The notes: generated by a model from the letters alone, not told the origin. 64,000 nucleotides of DNA from an uncultured Candidatus Binatia bacterium (GCA_965218425.1 OZ244621.1:2688001-2752000); one strand, 5' to 3'; positions 49,424-60,593 are shown, counted from the first letter of the stretch. Translations and numbers: made by a program.

Positions 49424-50362
49424 TTAGGACAAGCCTTGAATTTCAGAAGGGAGGGCAAAATGGACGTCGCTTTCTTCGAATCCAATATAGGAAATTTCAG
49501 CTCCCTTTTCCGTGAAGTATTTTACTGTTTCTTGAACCAATTGTTCCGGGGCCGAGGCACCGGAGGTTATTCCTACCCGCTCTATACCGTCCAGCCATTC
49601 CGGTTCGATCTCGCGGTGGTTATTAATAAGGTAGGACCGAACGCCTTTGGAACGGGCCACCCGGCAGAGTTGGTTGGAGTTTTCACTGTTGGGTGAACCG
49701 ATAACGAATACGAGGTCCACCGCACCGGATAGTTCTTTCACGGCGTCCTGTCGGTTTTGCGTGGCGTAACAGATATCGTTCTTGGGCGGAGTAATCATTT
49801 TTGGAAATCTTAGCCGCAGGGCTTCAATGATTTCCTTGGTGTCGTCCATGCTGAGTGTTGTTTGGGTCAAGACCGCAAGGCGGTCTGGATCCGACACATC
49901 AACATTTCTTGCTTCCTCGAGGTTGGAAACAATTCGAATGTGCCCAGGCGCCTCACCGATGGTTCCCACGATCTCGTCATGGTCCACGTGGCCGATAAGT
50001 ATTACCCAGTACCCTTGGGTTACGAACCTGCGTACTTCGCGGTGCACCTTCTCCACCAACGGACAGGTGGCGTCTAAAATAACCTGAAGCTTTTTCTTGT
50101 TCGCCTGTTCTCGCACCTCAGGGGAAATCCCGTGGGCGCTGAAGATCAATCTTGCCCCGCCTGGGACGTCGTCGACTGATTGGACGAAGACTACTCCACG
50201 GCGGCTAAATCCATCCACAACGGTGCGGTTGTGAACGATCTCGTGAAAGACGTACAGGGGCGGGCCGTACTTTTTGAGGGCCCGTTCCACGGTCTCAACG
50301 GCCATCTCAACGCCGGCGCAAAAGCCCCGAGGTTGCGCCAATACCACTTTCTTGACCTTCAT
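49424..50362 (-). CDS. ispH: 4-hydroxy-3-methylbut-2-enyl diphosphate reductase
   Basis: PRGFCAGV, IVHN, SAHG, DATCPLV, ICYATQNRQ, GASAP. Confidence 0.97.
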   Translation of the reverse strand: MKVKKVVLAQPRGFCAGVEMAVETVERALKKYGPPLYVFHEIVHNRTVVDGFSRRGVVFVQSVDDVPGGARLIFSAHGISPEVREQANKKKLQVILDATCPLVEKVHREVRRFVTQGYWVILIGHVDHDEIVGTIGEAPGHIRIVSNLEEARNVDVSDPDRLAVLTQTTLSMDDTKEIIEALRLRFPKMITPPKNDICYATQNRQDAVKELSGAVDLVFVIGSPNSENSNQLCRVARSKGVRSYLINNHREIEPEWLDGIERVGITSGASAPEQLVQETVKYFTEKGAEISYIGFEESDVHFALPSEIQGLS

Positions 50363-50566
50363 AAATTCAGACCTCGATTATTTGAAGTTTGGATGATAAG
50401 AATAGGCCTGTCAAGCTAAGGCATGCTCATTGCCTTGCCAGGGCTGCAGATCTCGATTTACGAAACCACACTATTCGGACCACAGCGGTGGAGGTGTCGC
50501 ATTGATGCTGGGCCCCAGAGATAGTGCGGAAGGGCCATTTCATAGTCAGTTCTTTCGGAGGTGTAG

Positions 50567-51682
50567 ATGGAAAGGCGAAGATTTCTTCTAACGGCTGGAG
50601 GAGTGCTGGCAACGTTGGGCGGAGCCATCACGGGTTGTCGTCAAGACACCAAGCCGAAGGACGCCCCGCGGGTCATCACGAAACCCAAGCATCAGTGGCG
50701 AATGGTAACCACCTGGACCCCGGCCCTCGACGTCCTTCAAGGTAATGCCGAACGATTTGCGAGTATGGTGGAAACCATGAGTGAGGGTCAGTTAAAGATC
50801 GAAGTCTTTGCGGCGGGCGAGTTGGTCCCGGCCCTGGGTGCATTTGATGCCTGCCAGCAGGGGACCATCGAGATGTACAACGGTGCCGCCTATTACTGGG
50901 CCGGCAAGGGGCCGGCGGCGCAGTGGTTTACGGCGGTTCCCTTTGGATTGAACGCGCAAGGCCAGTATGCGTGGTGCTATTCCGGCGACGGTTTAAAGCT
51001 CTGGGAGGAGACCTATAAACCATTTGGGCTGGTTCCACGTCCTTCTGCATCCACGGGAGTTCAAATGGGAGGGTGGTTCCGAAAAAAGATTGATGAAATT
51101 TCGGATTACCGGGGACTCAAGATTCGAATTCCCGGTCTTGGCGGGAAGGTGATGTCGAAGGCTGGTGCCTCGGTGGTTTTGACCTCTCCAGGCGATACCT
51201 ACCCGGCTCTTGAACGAGGAGTCATCGATGCCGCAGAGATGGTGGGCCCCCACGACGACATGAAGCTCGGGCTCCACAGGGCGGCAAGGTACTACTACTA
51301 TCCAGGTTGGCAGGAACCCGGGGCGGTCACGGAGTTCGTATTCAATCAGAAAGCCTATGAGTCACTGTCAACGGACCTTCGTGGTATCTTGGACGCCGCC
51401 GCCATGGCCATCAGGACCACGGCGTCCGCCGAGTACAACGTGAAAAACGCCGTGGCGCTGAAGAAACTACAGACGGATTTCCAGGGCAAGGTAGAGATTC
51501 TTCAGTTTCCGCCGGCGGTGATGAAGTCCCTCAAGGGACTTGCGGAGGAAGTGAACCGGGAAGAGTCCGGGAGGAGCCCAATGGCGGGCAAGGTCTACGC
51601 CTCCTACACCAAATTCCAGCAAGTGATGCGGGACTGGGGTAACATTTCGGACGGTCCCTACTACGAGATAATTGCAGGATGA
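50567..51682 (+). CDS. TRAP transporter substrate-binding protein (DctP/TakP-like)
   Basis: Twin-arginine-like MERRRFL with lipobox; QMGGWFRK, GLKIRIPGLGG, YYYPGWQE. Confidence 0.9.
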   Translation: MERRRFLLTAGGVLATLGGAITGCRQDTKPKDAPRVITKPKHQWRMVTTWTPALDVLQGNAERFASMVETMSEGQLKIEVFAAGELVPALGAFDACQQGTIEMYNGAAYYWAGKGPAAQWFTAVPFGLNAQGQYAWCYSGDGLKLWEETYKPFGLVPRPSASTGVQMGGWFRKKIDEISDYRGLKIRIPGLGGKVMSKAGASVVLTSPGDTYPALERGVIDAAEMVGPHDDMKLGLHRAARYYYYPGWQEPGAVTEFVFNQKAYESLSTDLRGILDAAAMAIRTTASAEYNVKNAVALKKLQTDFQGKVEILQFPPAVMKSLKGLAEEVNREESGRSPMAGKVYASYTKFQQVMRDWGNISDGPYYEIIAG

Positions 51683-51764
51683 ACCAGTGGGGAGAGATCA
51701 GGCTCGCGCAAAGACGCAAAGCACATGGCGCAGGGCGTCAGGAGTAATGAACCGCTCTCGGTAG

Positions 51765-52010
51765 GTTGCTGAGTTTCTGGTAAATGAGCAGGTGATTGAT
51801 GCAGTGGGCATTGACACCGCCAGTTTGGGTTACGGGAAATCGAAAGGTTTTATTGCCCACCGGATTCTTAGCAAGGCCAACAAGCCCGGATTGGAGAACG
51901 TCGCCAACCTGGATCGTCTGCTTCCGACGGGTGCCGCCTTGATGGCCCTTCCCATGAGGGTGAGGGGCGGATCTGGAGGGCCTGCACGAATCATTGCCCT
52001 TCTCCCTTGA
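51765..52010 (+). pseudogene. 5'-truncated cyclase/kynurenine formamidase-family gene
   Basis: Only the C-terminal part is present: AEFLV..AVGIDTAS...HRIL...GLENVANL...ALPM..GGSGGPARIIA. Confidence 0.75.
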
Positions 52011-52075
52011 GCGCGGGTTAGCTTGCGCCTTTACCCGAGTTGCTTTAGCATGGAAAGGGCGATTTTTGCGTTCCC

Positions 52076-55000
52076 ATGAGGAAATTCTTTAAATTTATTA
52101 GTCTACTAGCAGCCGGTGTCATATTTCTCGCCGTGCTGATCCTCATTACCTTGCACCACCTGGTCGAGGTGGGAGAGTTCCGTCGCATCCTTATTCGTGA
52201 AGTTGAAAACCGGACCCGGTTTAAAGTTAACGCGGGGAAAGCGGAATATCACGTTGGCGAGGTCGTGGGTATCTCCGTTCATGACTTTGCCTTGAGCGAC
52301 CCCAAAAAGGTCCAGCCTATCCTGGTTTCGGAGAGGGTCGTCTTTCAAATTTCGGTGCTGCCTTTGCTCTGGCGCAAGGTGGTTATTGATGGGATCCTTT
52401 TCTACAACCCCCACATTCGGTTTAACCCTAGGTCGGGACGTAGCCCTCGCTTGTTTGACTTGATGGTGGCGCTGTTTGGTTCCAATATTAATATTAATAA
52501 GGTGGGAATCAATAACGGACAGGTGGTGTTCCGCGAGCCACGTGAGGACGGAGGCGTTGCCACCACCTACTTCCGTGACATGGACCTGGAAATCCGGCAT
52601 ATAGAACCGGGGGACATTTCGCCCTTTGGAACCGGGCCCGGGGTTTCCGCTCTAGGCTACAGCATTAACACCACCTTGGAAAAGGAGGGCCGGCGGGCAG
52701 GACTTGCATCGGAGGGCGAGGTGGTCTTCCCTGACCGTAGCTTCGAGTTCCCGCATGCCTGGTTGGATGTTCGCGTAGCAGTGGAGTCTCTACCTGCGAG
52801 GCTATTGCCGGACTTCTTTGCCCGCCTCCTCCCCGTCAAGGGGCTCAAGGGCGTACTCAGCTCAAGTGTTCGCTGGCAGGGAATCCTGTCGGAGAACCTG
52901 CACATCGAAGGAGATCTCGACTTTAGCAAACTCAATGTGACTTTTCCCGGTTCCACCATGAAAACCCTGGCGCTGGGAGATGGCCGAATCGAGTTGAATC
53001 TGGGAGTGTTGCCGGACGAGATCCGATTCGAGCGCTTATCCTATAACTCCAACGATATCGAGCTGTCCGCACAGGGTTTGATGCGTTCTCCAATGGAGAA
53101 AGACCCCTATGTGGAACTAAGCGTTGGGTCGTCTTTCGTGCCTGTTTTGACCCTATGGAAGTATGTTCCACCCAATTTCAAGTCCTCCGCCGTGGGTTCC
53201 TGGATCAAGGGGGTCAAAGAGGGGGAATTGCGGTTGACCGATGCGCACATAAAAGGACGCCTTTCAAAGGTCCTGGACGCATTTGGTCCCGGCTTTGAAA
53301 ACCGACTTGCGGCTCAGGCCGAGGTCAGAGGGTTGAAATGGTTGCCGGCCGGCAGCCGATATCTCCCTGTGGAAAATCTGAGTGGGCGGCTGGCACTGGA
53401 TAAGGGAGTCCTGTCCTACAGCCGGTTCCAGGGAAACTACGGTGAGGTGGCGCTGAACGACATTGAGGGGAGCTACAAGATTTTTTCCACCGGGGACCCC
53501 CTTGAAGTTCGAGTAAGGGGCGCTACGGATATCGAGCGGTTGTGGAAGCAGTTGGCCGCGAATTTCTTGCCTGATCGGCTAATTAAAGCCACCGGCGGTG
53601 TGCAGGATTTGAGCGGTCAGGGTAAATTTAATGTCTATCTGCGGACGGACTTTAAATCCCCCCTCTTTTACCGGGGGCAGGTCCTACTGGAGGATGCGGG
53701 CGTCAGAGTGGGTAAATTTTCCCTTTCCAGGGGTTACGGCCGCGTCTCCTTTTCTCCAGAAGAGATACGGACAGGTGGTGTGACCGTGCGAGTGGGGGGT
53801 ACACCCATCCGCCTTGGGGGAGTCTTGAAGGGGTATCAAACCGGCAAGCCGAACTTTGAGCTTGAGGTGGACCTGCCTGGAGTTCGACTGGGAGAGGTGA
53901 CCCGTATACTGCTCTCTTGGGGTTCTCCTGATGATCCGGGTACGGTCCAGGGTAAAGTGCATTATCGGGGCTTCCTGGGGAGCAATGGGGACCGGCAGCT
54001 TACGGGGTCCTTGGAGCTATCCGGCGTTCAGCTCCCTCTTGGGTTGTTCAAAAGACCCATCAAGGATGTCTCCGGGAAACTCGAATTCGATCAATTCGGG
54101 GTAGATCTCAAGGGAATTAAGGGGCGAGTTGGAGATTACGACCTGGATTTCAGAGGTCGATACAATTATTTCGAGAAACCACAGCTGACATTTCTGGCCA
54201 CTGCCCCTTTCATGGACTTAGCTGAGCTCTTATTTCCGCGCGGCGAGTCCCCAAAACCCCCTTCCCCGGCAATGGAGCGTTGGTACGGCGGGCTCGAGGT
54301 AAAGGGCAAAGTCAAGGTGGACAAGGGGGTCCACAAAGGTTTTTCCTTCACGGATCTCGACTCCGACCTGTCCCTGAAGGAAAGACGCTGGGTCTTTGAT
54401 AACCTCTCCGCCCGGTCCAAGGAGGGACTCGTTCAAGGAAAGGTCTCCCTGATGGACCATCCAGGACAGAACCTTACCTTTTCGATAGAGCCGGATATCC
54501 AAAGACTTCCCGTAGAGGAACTGCTAGGTTTTTTTGGTATAAAAACCGGTGAGGTTACAGGGAAGGTGGATCTCTCCGGCGCCTTCAATTCCACGGGCGA
54601 ATCGGTGTTCGAGAGGAAGAAGAACCTTAACGGAGGGTTCAGGCTGCGAATGCGGGAGGGGATGGTTCGGCGGTTTAAGATCCTGGTGCGCATCCTCAGT
54701 CTCATGGACCTTTCCCGCTGGTTCACCTTGAGAATGCCGAACATTGACAACGAAGGAGTTGAATACCGATATATCAGCGGCGACTTTAAGATAAGCAAAG
54801 GGATCTACTCCACCGGGGACTTCGTCCTCGATAGCGAGGACATTCGCCTGAGCGGAGCGGGGACCGTTGACGGCTCGGATGCAAGTATGAATTTTGTCGT
54901 CGCCGTGCGTCCCTTTCCAAAGCTGAACGCAGCGGTAAATTTTATTCCGATCCTGGGAAAGGGAATCGCGGGCGTTAAAAACTCCTTGCTGGTGGCGAGT

Positions 55001-55120
55001 TTCCGAATCAAAGGACCCCTGAGAGAACCGAATATAGCCCCTGCTCCCCTCAGTACCCTCTCGGAGTTTTTCATTAGCACCCTGTCCATTCCCAGGGATA
55101 TGATCGGTCTTCCGAAATGA
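52076..55120 (+). CDS. AsmA/YhdP-like protein
   Basis: N-terminal TM helix, long beta-rich body, AsmA-like C-terminus (GDFKISKG...FRIKGPLREP). Confidence 0.8.
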   Translation: MRKFFKFISLLAAGVIFLAVLILITLHHLVEVGEFRRILIREVENRTRFKVNAGKAEYHVGEVVGISVHDFALSDPKKVQPILVSERVVFQISVLPLLWRKVVIDGILFYNPHIRFNPRSGRSPRLFDLMVALFGSNININKVGINNGQVVFREPREDGGVATTYFRDMDLEIRHIEPGDISPFGTGPGVSALGYSINTTLEKEGRRAGLASEGEVVFPDRSFEFPHAWLDVRVAVESLPARLLPDFFARLLPVKGLKGVLSSSVRWQGILSENLHIEGDLDFSKLNVTFPGSTMKTLALGDGRIELNLGVLPDEIRFERLSYNSNDIELSAQGLMRSPMEKDPYVELSVGSSFVPVLTLWKYVPPNFKSSAVGSWIKGVKEGELRLTDAHIKGRLSKVLDAFGPGFENRLAAQAEVRGLKWLPAGSRYLPVENLSGRLALDKGVLSYSRFQGNYGEVALNDIEGSYKIFSTGDPLEVRVRGATDIERLWKQLAANFLPDRLIKATGGVQDLSGQGKFNVYLRTDFKSPLFYRGQVLLEDAGVRVGKFSLSRGYGRVSFSPEEIRTGGVTVRVGGTPIRLGGVLKGYQTGKPNFELEVDLPGVRLGEVTRILLSWGSPDDPGTVQGKVHYRGFLGSNGDRQLTGSLELSGVQLPLGLFKRPIKDVSGKLEFDQFGVDLKGIKGRVGDYDLDFRGRYNYFEKPQLTFLATAPFMDLAELLFPRGESPKPPSPAMERWYGGLEVKGKVKVDKGVHKGFSFTDLDSDLSLKERRWVFDNLSARSKEGLVQGKVSLMDHPGQNLTFSIEPDIQRLPVEELLGFFGIKTGEVTGKVDLSGAFNSTGESVFERKKNLNGGFRLRMREGMVRRFKILVRILSLMDLSRWFTLRMPNIDNEGVEYRYISGDFKISKGIYSTGDFVLDSEDIRLSGAGTVDGSDASMNFVVAVRPFPKLNAAVNFIPILGKGIAGVKNSLLVASFRIKGPLREPNIAPAPLSTLSEFFISTLSIPRDMIGLPK

Positions 55121-55273
55121 GAAAGGAAGCGGGACCGCAGCTTAGGCCATTGACGGGAAGGGTCCGCAGAGGCGGGAGAAGAAAAAAGATCGTCCGAAAT
55201 CCAGCGGTGGTGTCGTGTCGGGGTCATGGGATATGATCCCGATGACCCGAGACCCTGAAGGTGCATTGATATC

Positions 55274-57022
55274 ATGACCGGAATGCAAAGGTTAAGAATC
55301 TATCTCTGGCGCCATTGGCAGAGTTACCTCCTGGGCGGAATTTGTCTATTCGGCACCACCACCCTGGTCATGTTGATCCCGTGGTGGATCCGCGCAGCCG
55401 TGATCGTCATTGAGCGCGGGGGAGCTAGGGAGGACGTGGTCACCTATGCGGTGATGATTATCGGGGCCGCCATAGGTCAGGGATTGGCCCGGACTTTTTC
55501 TCGCTTTTTGATCTTCAATTCCGGTCGGGCCATCGAATACGAGTTGCGCAATGATATCTTCTCCCATCTGCTCCGACTCCCCCTCTCTTATTACCGATCC
55601 CAGAGGACCGGGGATTTGATGTCTCGTGCCATCAATGACATCAACAGCGTGCGCATGCTCCTGGGCCCCGGCATCCTGAACCTCATCAACGCCCCTCTGT
55701 ACTACCTCTATGCCATGGTTTTGATGGTCCAGATTGATTTACGTATGACCTTTGTGGTGGTTCTGACCTACCCCATTATGGCTTGGGCTTTTCGAAGGTT
55801 CAGGGGCAAGATCCAGTCCACCTCCTTCAAGGTGCAACAGCAGATGTCGGTCTTGAGCAGCCATGTGCAGGAAAATCTCAGCGGTATCCACGTAGTGAAG
55901 GCCTATGGGAGGGAGCAGGACCAGACGCGCCAGTTCATGGAATTCAATCGCGTATACCAGGCAAGGAATATGGATCTGGCCCGGCTCCGAGGCCTGGTGC
56001 ATCCCTTCATGGGAGGGATCAGCGGGATGACGGTCCTGGTGATCCTTTGGTATGGAGGCGCCCGGGTCATTTCCGGTAATTTGATGATCGCCGACGTGGT
56101 GGCGTTTATTGCCTATCTTAATGTGCTGGCTTGGCCCACGGCGGCTTTCGGCTGGATGCTGGCGCTTCTGGAAAGGGGCAAGGCTTCCATGGAGAGGATT
56201 GAAGAACTCTTCAAGGTAGAGCCCTCCATTGCCGATCCGCCTTCACCGGTTCCCCTGCCGGACTCGGAGCAAGGAATTGAATTTCGCGACGTCTGCTTTA
56301 GTTACGGGAGGAAAACCAACGGGGAGTCCGCCCTCAAGAACATCAATTTCTACCTCCCGCGCGGGCAAAAGCTTGGCATCGTGGGGCGTACGGGAGCGGG
56401 CAAGACGAGCCTGGTTCAGCTCATTCCCCGGCTCTACGATGTCTCCTCGGGAGAGATCCGAATCGGCGGGCGGGATATCCGCACGGTCAGCCTCGCCGAT
56501 CTCCGGCAGACCGTGGGTTACGTTCCACAAGACGCTTTTCTTTTCTCCACTTCACTTCGCAGCAATTTGGCCTATGGCCGGGGCGGGGTCTCCGATGAGG
56601 CCATTGATAAAGCCGTGCGAACGGCCCGGTTGGATCAAGATGTGGAAAGCTTCGTTCAAGGGTTGAATACCATTGTGGGGGAAAGGGGCGTCGCCCTTTC
56701 AGGGGGACAGAAACAAAGGGCCACGCTGGGTCGGGCCATCCTCTTTGATTCACCCTTTATCATCCTGGACGATTGCCTTTCCAGCGTCGATGCGCAAACG
56801 GAGCAGGAGATTCTCAAGGAGTTCAAGGACCTCCTCAAGGAAAAAACCACCATTATTATCTCCCATCGGATCTCCGCCGTGAAAGAGGCCGATGAAATAT
56901 TGGTCCTGGACGAGGGGGAAGTCGTGGAGCGGGGAGATCATCAGACGTTGATCCAAAGGGGAGGGATCTACGCGGATCTTTTCCACCAACAGCAATTATC
57001 GGAAGAACTGGAGCAGCTGTAG
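55274..57022 (+). CDS. ABC exporter, fused TMD-NBD, subunit A (MdlA/YheI-like)
   Basis: GRTGAGKT, LSGGQKQR, degenerate Walker B ILDDCLS. Confidence 0.92.
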   Translation: MTGMQRLRIYLWRHWQSYLLGGICLFGTTTLVMLIPWWIRAAVIVIERGGAREDVVTYAVMIIGAAIGQGLARTFSRFLIFNSGRAIEYELRNDIFSHLLRLPLSYYRSQRTGDLMSRAINDINSVRMLLGPGILNLINAPLYYLYAMVLMVQIDLRMTFVVVLTYPIMAWAFRRFRGKIQSTSFKVQQQMSVLSSHVQENLSGIHVVKAYGREQDQTRQFMEFNRVYQARNMDLARLRGLVHPFMGGISGMTVLVILWYGGARVISGNLMIADVVAFIAYLNVLAWPTAAFGWMLALLERGKASMERIEELFKVEPSIADPPSPVPLPDSEQGIEFRDVCFSYGRKTNGESALKNINFYLPRGQKLGIVGRTGAGKTSLVQLIPRLYDVSSGEIRIGGRDIRTVSLADLRQTVGYVPQDAFLFSTSLRSNLAYGRGGVSDEAIDKAVRTARLDQDVESFVQGLNTIVGERGVALSGGQKQRATLGRAILFDSPFIILDDCLSSVDAQTEQEILKEFKDLLKEKTTIIISHRISAVKEADEILVLDEGEVVERGDHQTLIQRGGIYADLFHQQQLSEELEQL

Positions 57023-58840
57023 ATGGCCGTGACGTCTCAACAGGATGAGATCTTCGGAAAAGCCTACGACTTCAAACTCATGAAGCGAATGTGGCGCTTC
57101 ATTTCGCCGTATCGGAGTGTGTTCTTGCTGTCCCTGCTCTTGCTCCCTCTTCAACAGGCCTTTGGTCTTGCCCAACCCTTTATCATGAAAGTGGCCATCG
57201 ATCGATTCATCGAAGGTTCCAATCTATGGGGTCTCGGCATGGCCGGTATTCTGTTCGCCGTGGCGGTCGTAGGCGAGATGGTGACTCATTACTTTCAGTA
57301 TTACCTGACCATGATCGTGGCCCAGAAATCACTGGCGGACTTGCGAGTCAGCATTTTCTCTCACGTGCAAAAACTTCCCATGAGCACCTTTGATCGAAAC
57401 CCGGTGGGCCGTCTCATGACCCGGATGACCACGGATGTGGAGGTTCTCCAGGAGATGTTTGCCGCCGGGATCATGACCCTTGTGGCGGACATGATCATGC
57501 TTGTCTGGATCATCGCCATCATGTTTTATATGCACGCGGGGCTGGCGTTGGTTTGTCTTGTGTTGATTCCTCCCATGGCCCTCGCCATCAACTTCTTTCG
57601 TATCAGGGCTCGACAGATTTACCGTGTCATCCGGGAGCGTATCGCCCGGATCAACTCTTATCTGGGAGAGGCCATCTCCGGCATGTCCGTCATTCAGCTC
57701 TTTGTGCGCGGGGAAAGAAGCTTCCAGGAGTTTGACGAGCTGAACATAGCGCACAAGGATGCCATTCAGTTGTCCAATATCTATGAGGCTTCTCTCTTTT
57801 CCATGGTGGAGGCGGCAGGATCGATCAGTGTGGCCCTTTTGCTTTGGTATGGAGGCGGGGAGGTCTTGAACGAGGCCATTGGCATCGGGACCCTGGTGGC
57901 CTTCAAGGAGTATATCCACCGGTTTTTCATCCCCATGCGTGACTTCAGCCAGAAATACGCCGTGATGCAATCGGCCATGGCGGCGGCGGAGCGGGTGTTC
58001 CATCTGCTGGACACGCCCCTCACCATCACCAGCCCGGACCGGCCCGTATCGGCCAAGCCCTTTCGGGGAGAGATCGCCTTCAACGACGTTTGGTTCAGTT
58101 ACCGTGACAATGATCCGGTTCTGAAGGGCATCTCCTTCCGCATTGAACCCGGAGAGAGAGTGGCCGTGGTGGGGGCCACGGGTTCTGGAAAGACCACCAC
58201 CAGCAAGCTCCTCGGTCGCTTGTATGACGTCCAGAGCGGCTCGGTAACCGTGAGCGGGATCGACGTGCGGGACTGGGACCTCCCGGATTTAAGGCATCAC
58301 ATCGGCCTGGTGCTACAGGACGTTTTTCTCTTTTCGGGTGACGTCTTGACCAACATCTCCCTCGGTGACACCTCGGTTCCCTTGGAGCGCATCGAACAAG
58401 CCGCCCGGGCCACCAACGCCGCGCGTTTTATCCGGAAACTGCCCGGTGAATTCTCCGCACAGGTACGGGAACGCGGGAGCAACTTCTCCTCGGGTCAGAG
58501 ACAGCTCTTGGCCATGGCTCGGGTGCTTGCCTATGACCCTGAGGTGCTGGTGCTGGACGAAGCCACCTCCAGCGTGGATACCGAAACAGAGCTTTTGATT
58601 CAGGATGCCCTGGAAAAAATCATGAGGGGCCGCACCTGTCTGGTGATCGCTCACCGCTTGTCCACCATCCGCAATGCGGACCGGATCATTGTCATGCACC
58701 GGGGGGAAATCCGCGAGATGGGAACCCATGCGGAGTTGCTGGAAAGACAGGGGATCTACTACCGTCTCTACCAGCTCCAGTACGAGAGGGAAGAGTGGGC
58801 AGCGGAAATGGGAGCCCCCCGTGCTAAACTCATCGACTAG
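57023..58840 (+). CDS. ABC exporter, fused TMD-NBD, subunit B (MdlB/YheH-like)
   Basis: GATGSGKT, degenerate signature FSSGQRQ, LDEATS, IAHRLST. Confidence 0.92.
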   Translation: MAVTSQQDEIFGKAYDFKLMKRMWRFISPYRSVFLLSLLLLPLQQAFGLAQPFIMKVAIDRFIEGSNLWGLGMAGILFAVAVVGEMVTHYFQYYLTMIVAQKSLADLRVSIFSHVQKLPMSTFDRNPVGRLMTRMTTDVEVLQEMFAAGIMTLVADMIMLVWIIAIMFYMHAGLALVCLVLIPPMALAINFFRIRARQIYRVIRERIARINSYLGEAISGMSVIQLFVRGERSFQEFDELNIAHKDAIQLSNIYEASLFSMVEAAGSISVALLLWYGGGEVLNEAIGIGTLVAFKEYIHRFFIPMRDFSQKYAVMQSAMAAAERVFHLLDTPLTITSPDRPVSAKPFRGEIAFNDVWFSYRDNDPVLKGISFRIEPGERVAVVGATGSGKTTTSKLLGRLYDVQSGSVTVSGIDVRDWDLPDLRHHIGLVLQDVFLFSGDVLTNISLGDTSVPLERIEQAARATNAARFIRKLPGEFSAQVRERGSNFSSGQRQLLAMARVLAYDPEVLVLDEATSSVDTETELLIQDALEKIMRGRTCLVIAHRLSTIRNADRIIVMHRGEIREMGTHAELLERQGIYYRLYQLQYEREEWAAEMGAPRAKLID

Positions 58841-58879
58841 GTTGCCGGGATATCTCCGGGTCTTCATTCCCGATCTCAC

Positions 58880-60112
58880 ATGCGCGCCCCCGTTCTATTG
58901 ATTCTTCTGGTATTATTCTCGGGTTGTTCGCCCGTTTACGTTATTCGTGCCGCTTATGAGGAGACAAAGATCCTTTGGAGGCGCGAGCCCATCGAAAAGC
59001 TGCTGAAAAACCCTGCGTTGGATACCGAGACTCGAAAAAAATTCGAGCTGGTCCTGGCGGTTCGTGACTATGCCCGTGACAAGCTCAGATTGAGGGTTAA
59101 GGGAAGCTATGCCTCCTATTCCCGCCTGGGTCGACCGGTTCTCTCTTATGTGCTAACTGCGGCCCCTCAGACCAGTCTGGAGCCTTATACCTGGTGGTTC
59201 CCTTTCGTGGGACGGTTGCCCTACAAAGGCTATTTCTCCCAGGCGGAGGCGGAATCCAAGGCCAGAGAATTCCAGCAAAGGGGATATGACACCAGCATCC
59301 GCCCGGTGTCGGCCTTCAGCACCCTGGGCTGGTTCGACGATCCCCTGTTGAAGCATCTCCTGCGGTTGGACAAGGTCGATTTGGCGGAGGTCATCTTTCA
59401 CGAGCTCTTGCACAATACTCTGTTCGTAGCCGGGTCGGTAAATTTCAATGAAAGCCTGGCCAACTTTTTCGGCAACCGCGCGGCAATGGGTTTCTTTCGC
59501 GATCGTTACGGAGGATCGAGCCCCGAGTACTCGCAGGCAGCCGCGGCCTGGGAGCGGGAGCTGGAGTTTTCTGGATTTATCACCCGGGTTGCCGATTCTC
59601 TCGAAGAGCTCTATCAAAAGGACCTGTCGAGAGAAGAAAAACTCCGGCTGCGGGAGGGTATTTTTTCCCGTAGTCGAAAGGAATGGGTCGAACAGGTTGC
59701 CGGCAAGCCGCAACATCAGTACCGGGGGTATGGCGAACGGGAAGTCAACAACGCGACCATGGTTCGATATCTCCTCTATCTCGGCGGTCTGGAACTCTTT
59801 GAGTCGCTGTACGAGGCGCGGGGAAAGGATCTGGTGAAATTGATGGATTCGATCCGGCAATCCATCGAAAGGGGTGAGCCCCCCTTTGAGGCCGTCAGGG
59901 ATCTCGTGCCCCTGTCGAGGCCAGACCCTAAGGGAGAGACGCCGCCGGGCGCCGGTCTGAGTCCGGCGTTCGTTCCCGGAAACAGTAAAGCCAGGCGCCT
60001 TATTCCGCCGGTACCCGACGTATCCGCCGTCCCTCTTTCCACCGCCCCGAAGGCGAGTAGGGGCTCCGTGCCGGCGGCGGTTCATCAAACCTCGCGGGGA
60101 GTCCATGGTTGA
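58880..60112 (+). CDS. Putative zinc aminopeptidase lipoprotein (DUF2265-like)
   Basis: Lipobox FSGC; WWFPFVG, YKGYF, STLGWFDDP, HELLH...NESLA. Confidence 0.85.
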   Translation: MRAPVLLILLVLFSGCSPVYVIRAAYEETKILWRREPIEKLLKNPALDTETRKKFELVLAVRDYARDKLRLRVKGSYASYSRLGRPVLSYVLTAAPQTSLEPYTWWFPFVGRLPYKGYFSQAEAESKAREFQQRGYDTSIRPVSAFSTLGWFDDPLLKHLLRLDKVDLAEVIFHELLHNTLFVAGSVNFNESLANFFGNRAAMGFFRDRYGGSSPEYSQAAAAWERELEFSGFITRVADSLEELYQKDLSREEKLRLREGIFSRSRKEWVEQVAGKPQHQYRGYGEREVNNATMVRYLLYLGGLELFESLYEARGKDLVKLMDSIRQSIERGEPPFEAVRDLVPLSRPDPKGETPPGAGLSPAFVPGNSKARRLIPPVPDVSAVPLSTAPKASRGSVPAAVHQTSRGVHG

Positions 60113-60593
60113 TCATCGGGCCGAATCGGTGAAATTCGCAGCGGACAGAATGCTGGGGAGGCTGGCCAAGTGGCTTCGCATCATAGGCCACGATGTGGCC
60201 TACGGTTCCCATCTGGCGGGCTATGGGTTGGTCCGCACCGCACGGAAAGAAGACCGCTTGATCCTGACCCGCGACCGTGGAATCCGTAAGAAAGGCCCTC
60301 CCGACTATCTGCTCATCGAGAGCACCCGGTTCCGTGAGCAGCTCAGGCAGGTGATCCATGCCTATGGTTTGGATCCTGTAAAGAACGCCTTCACCCGGTG
60401 CGTGGAGTGTAATGACCTCCTCGATCCGATCCCCAAAGAGGCGGTTCAGGAGAAGGTTCCCCCTTACGTTTTCTCAACACAAGAGAGGTTCAGTGTCTGC
60501 CGGCACTGCCAGCGGGTCTACTGGCCCGCCACCCACCTGCACAAGATGCTGGAGGAGTTGAAGAGCCTGAGTGCGGGCCCGCGTGCAATTTAG
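60105..60593 (+). CDS. Mut7-C RNase (PIN-like) domain protein
   Basis: DRMLGRLAKWLR, ILTRDR, RCVECN...CRHCQRVYW..TH. Confidence 0.88.
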   Translation: MVDHRAESVKFAADRMLGRLAKWLRIIGHDVAYGSHLAGYGLVRTARKEDRLILTRDRGIRKKGPPDYLLIESTRFREQLRQVIHAYGLDPVKNAFTRCVECNDLLDPIPKEAVQEKVPPYVFSTQERFSVCRHCQRVYWPATHLHKMLEELKSLSAGPRAI

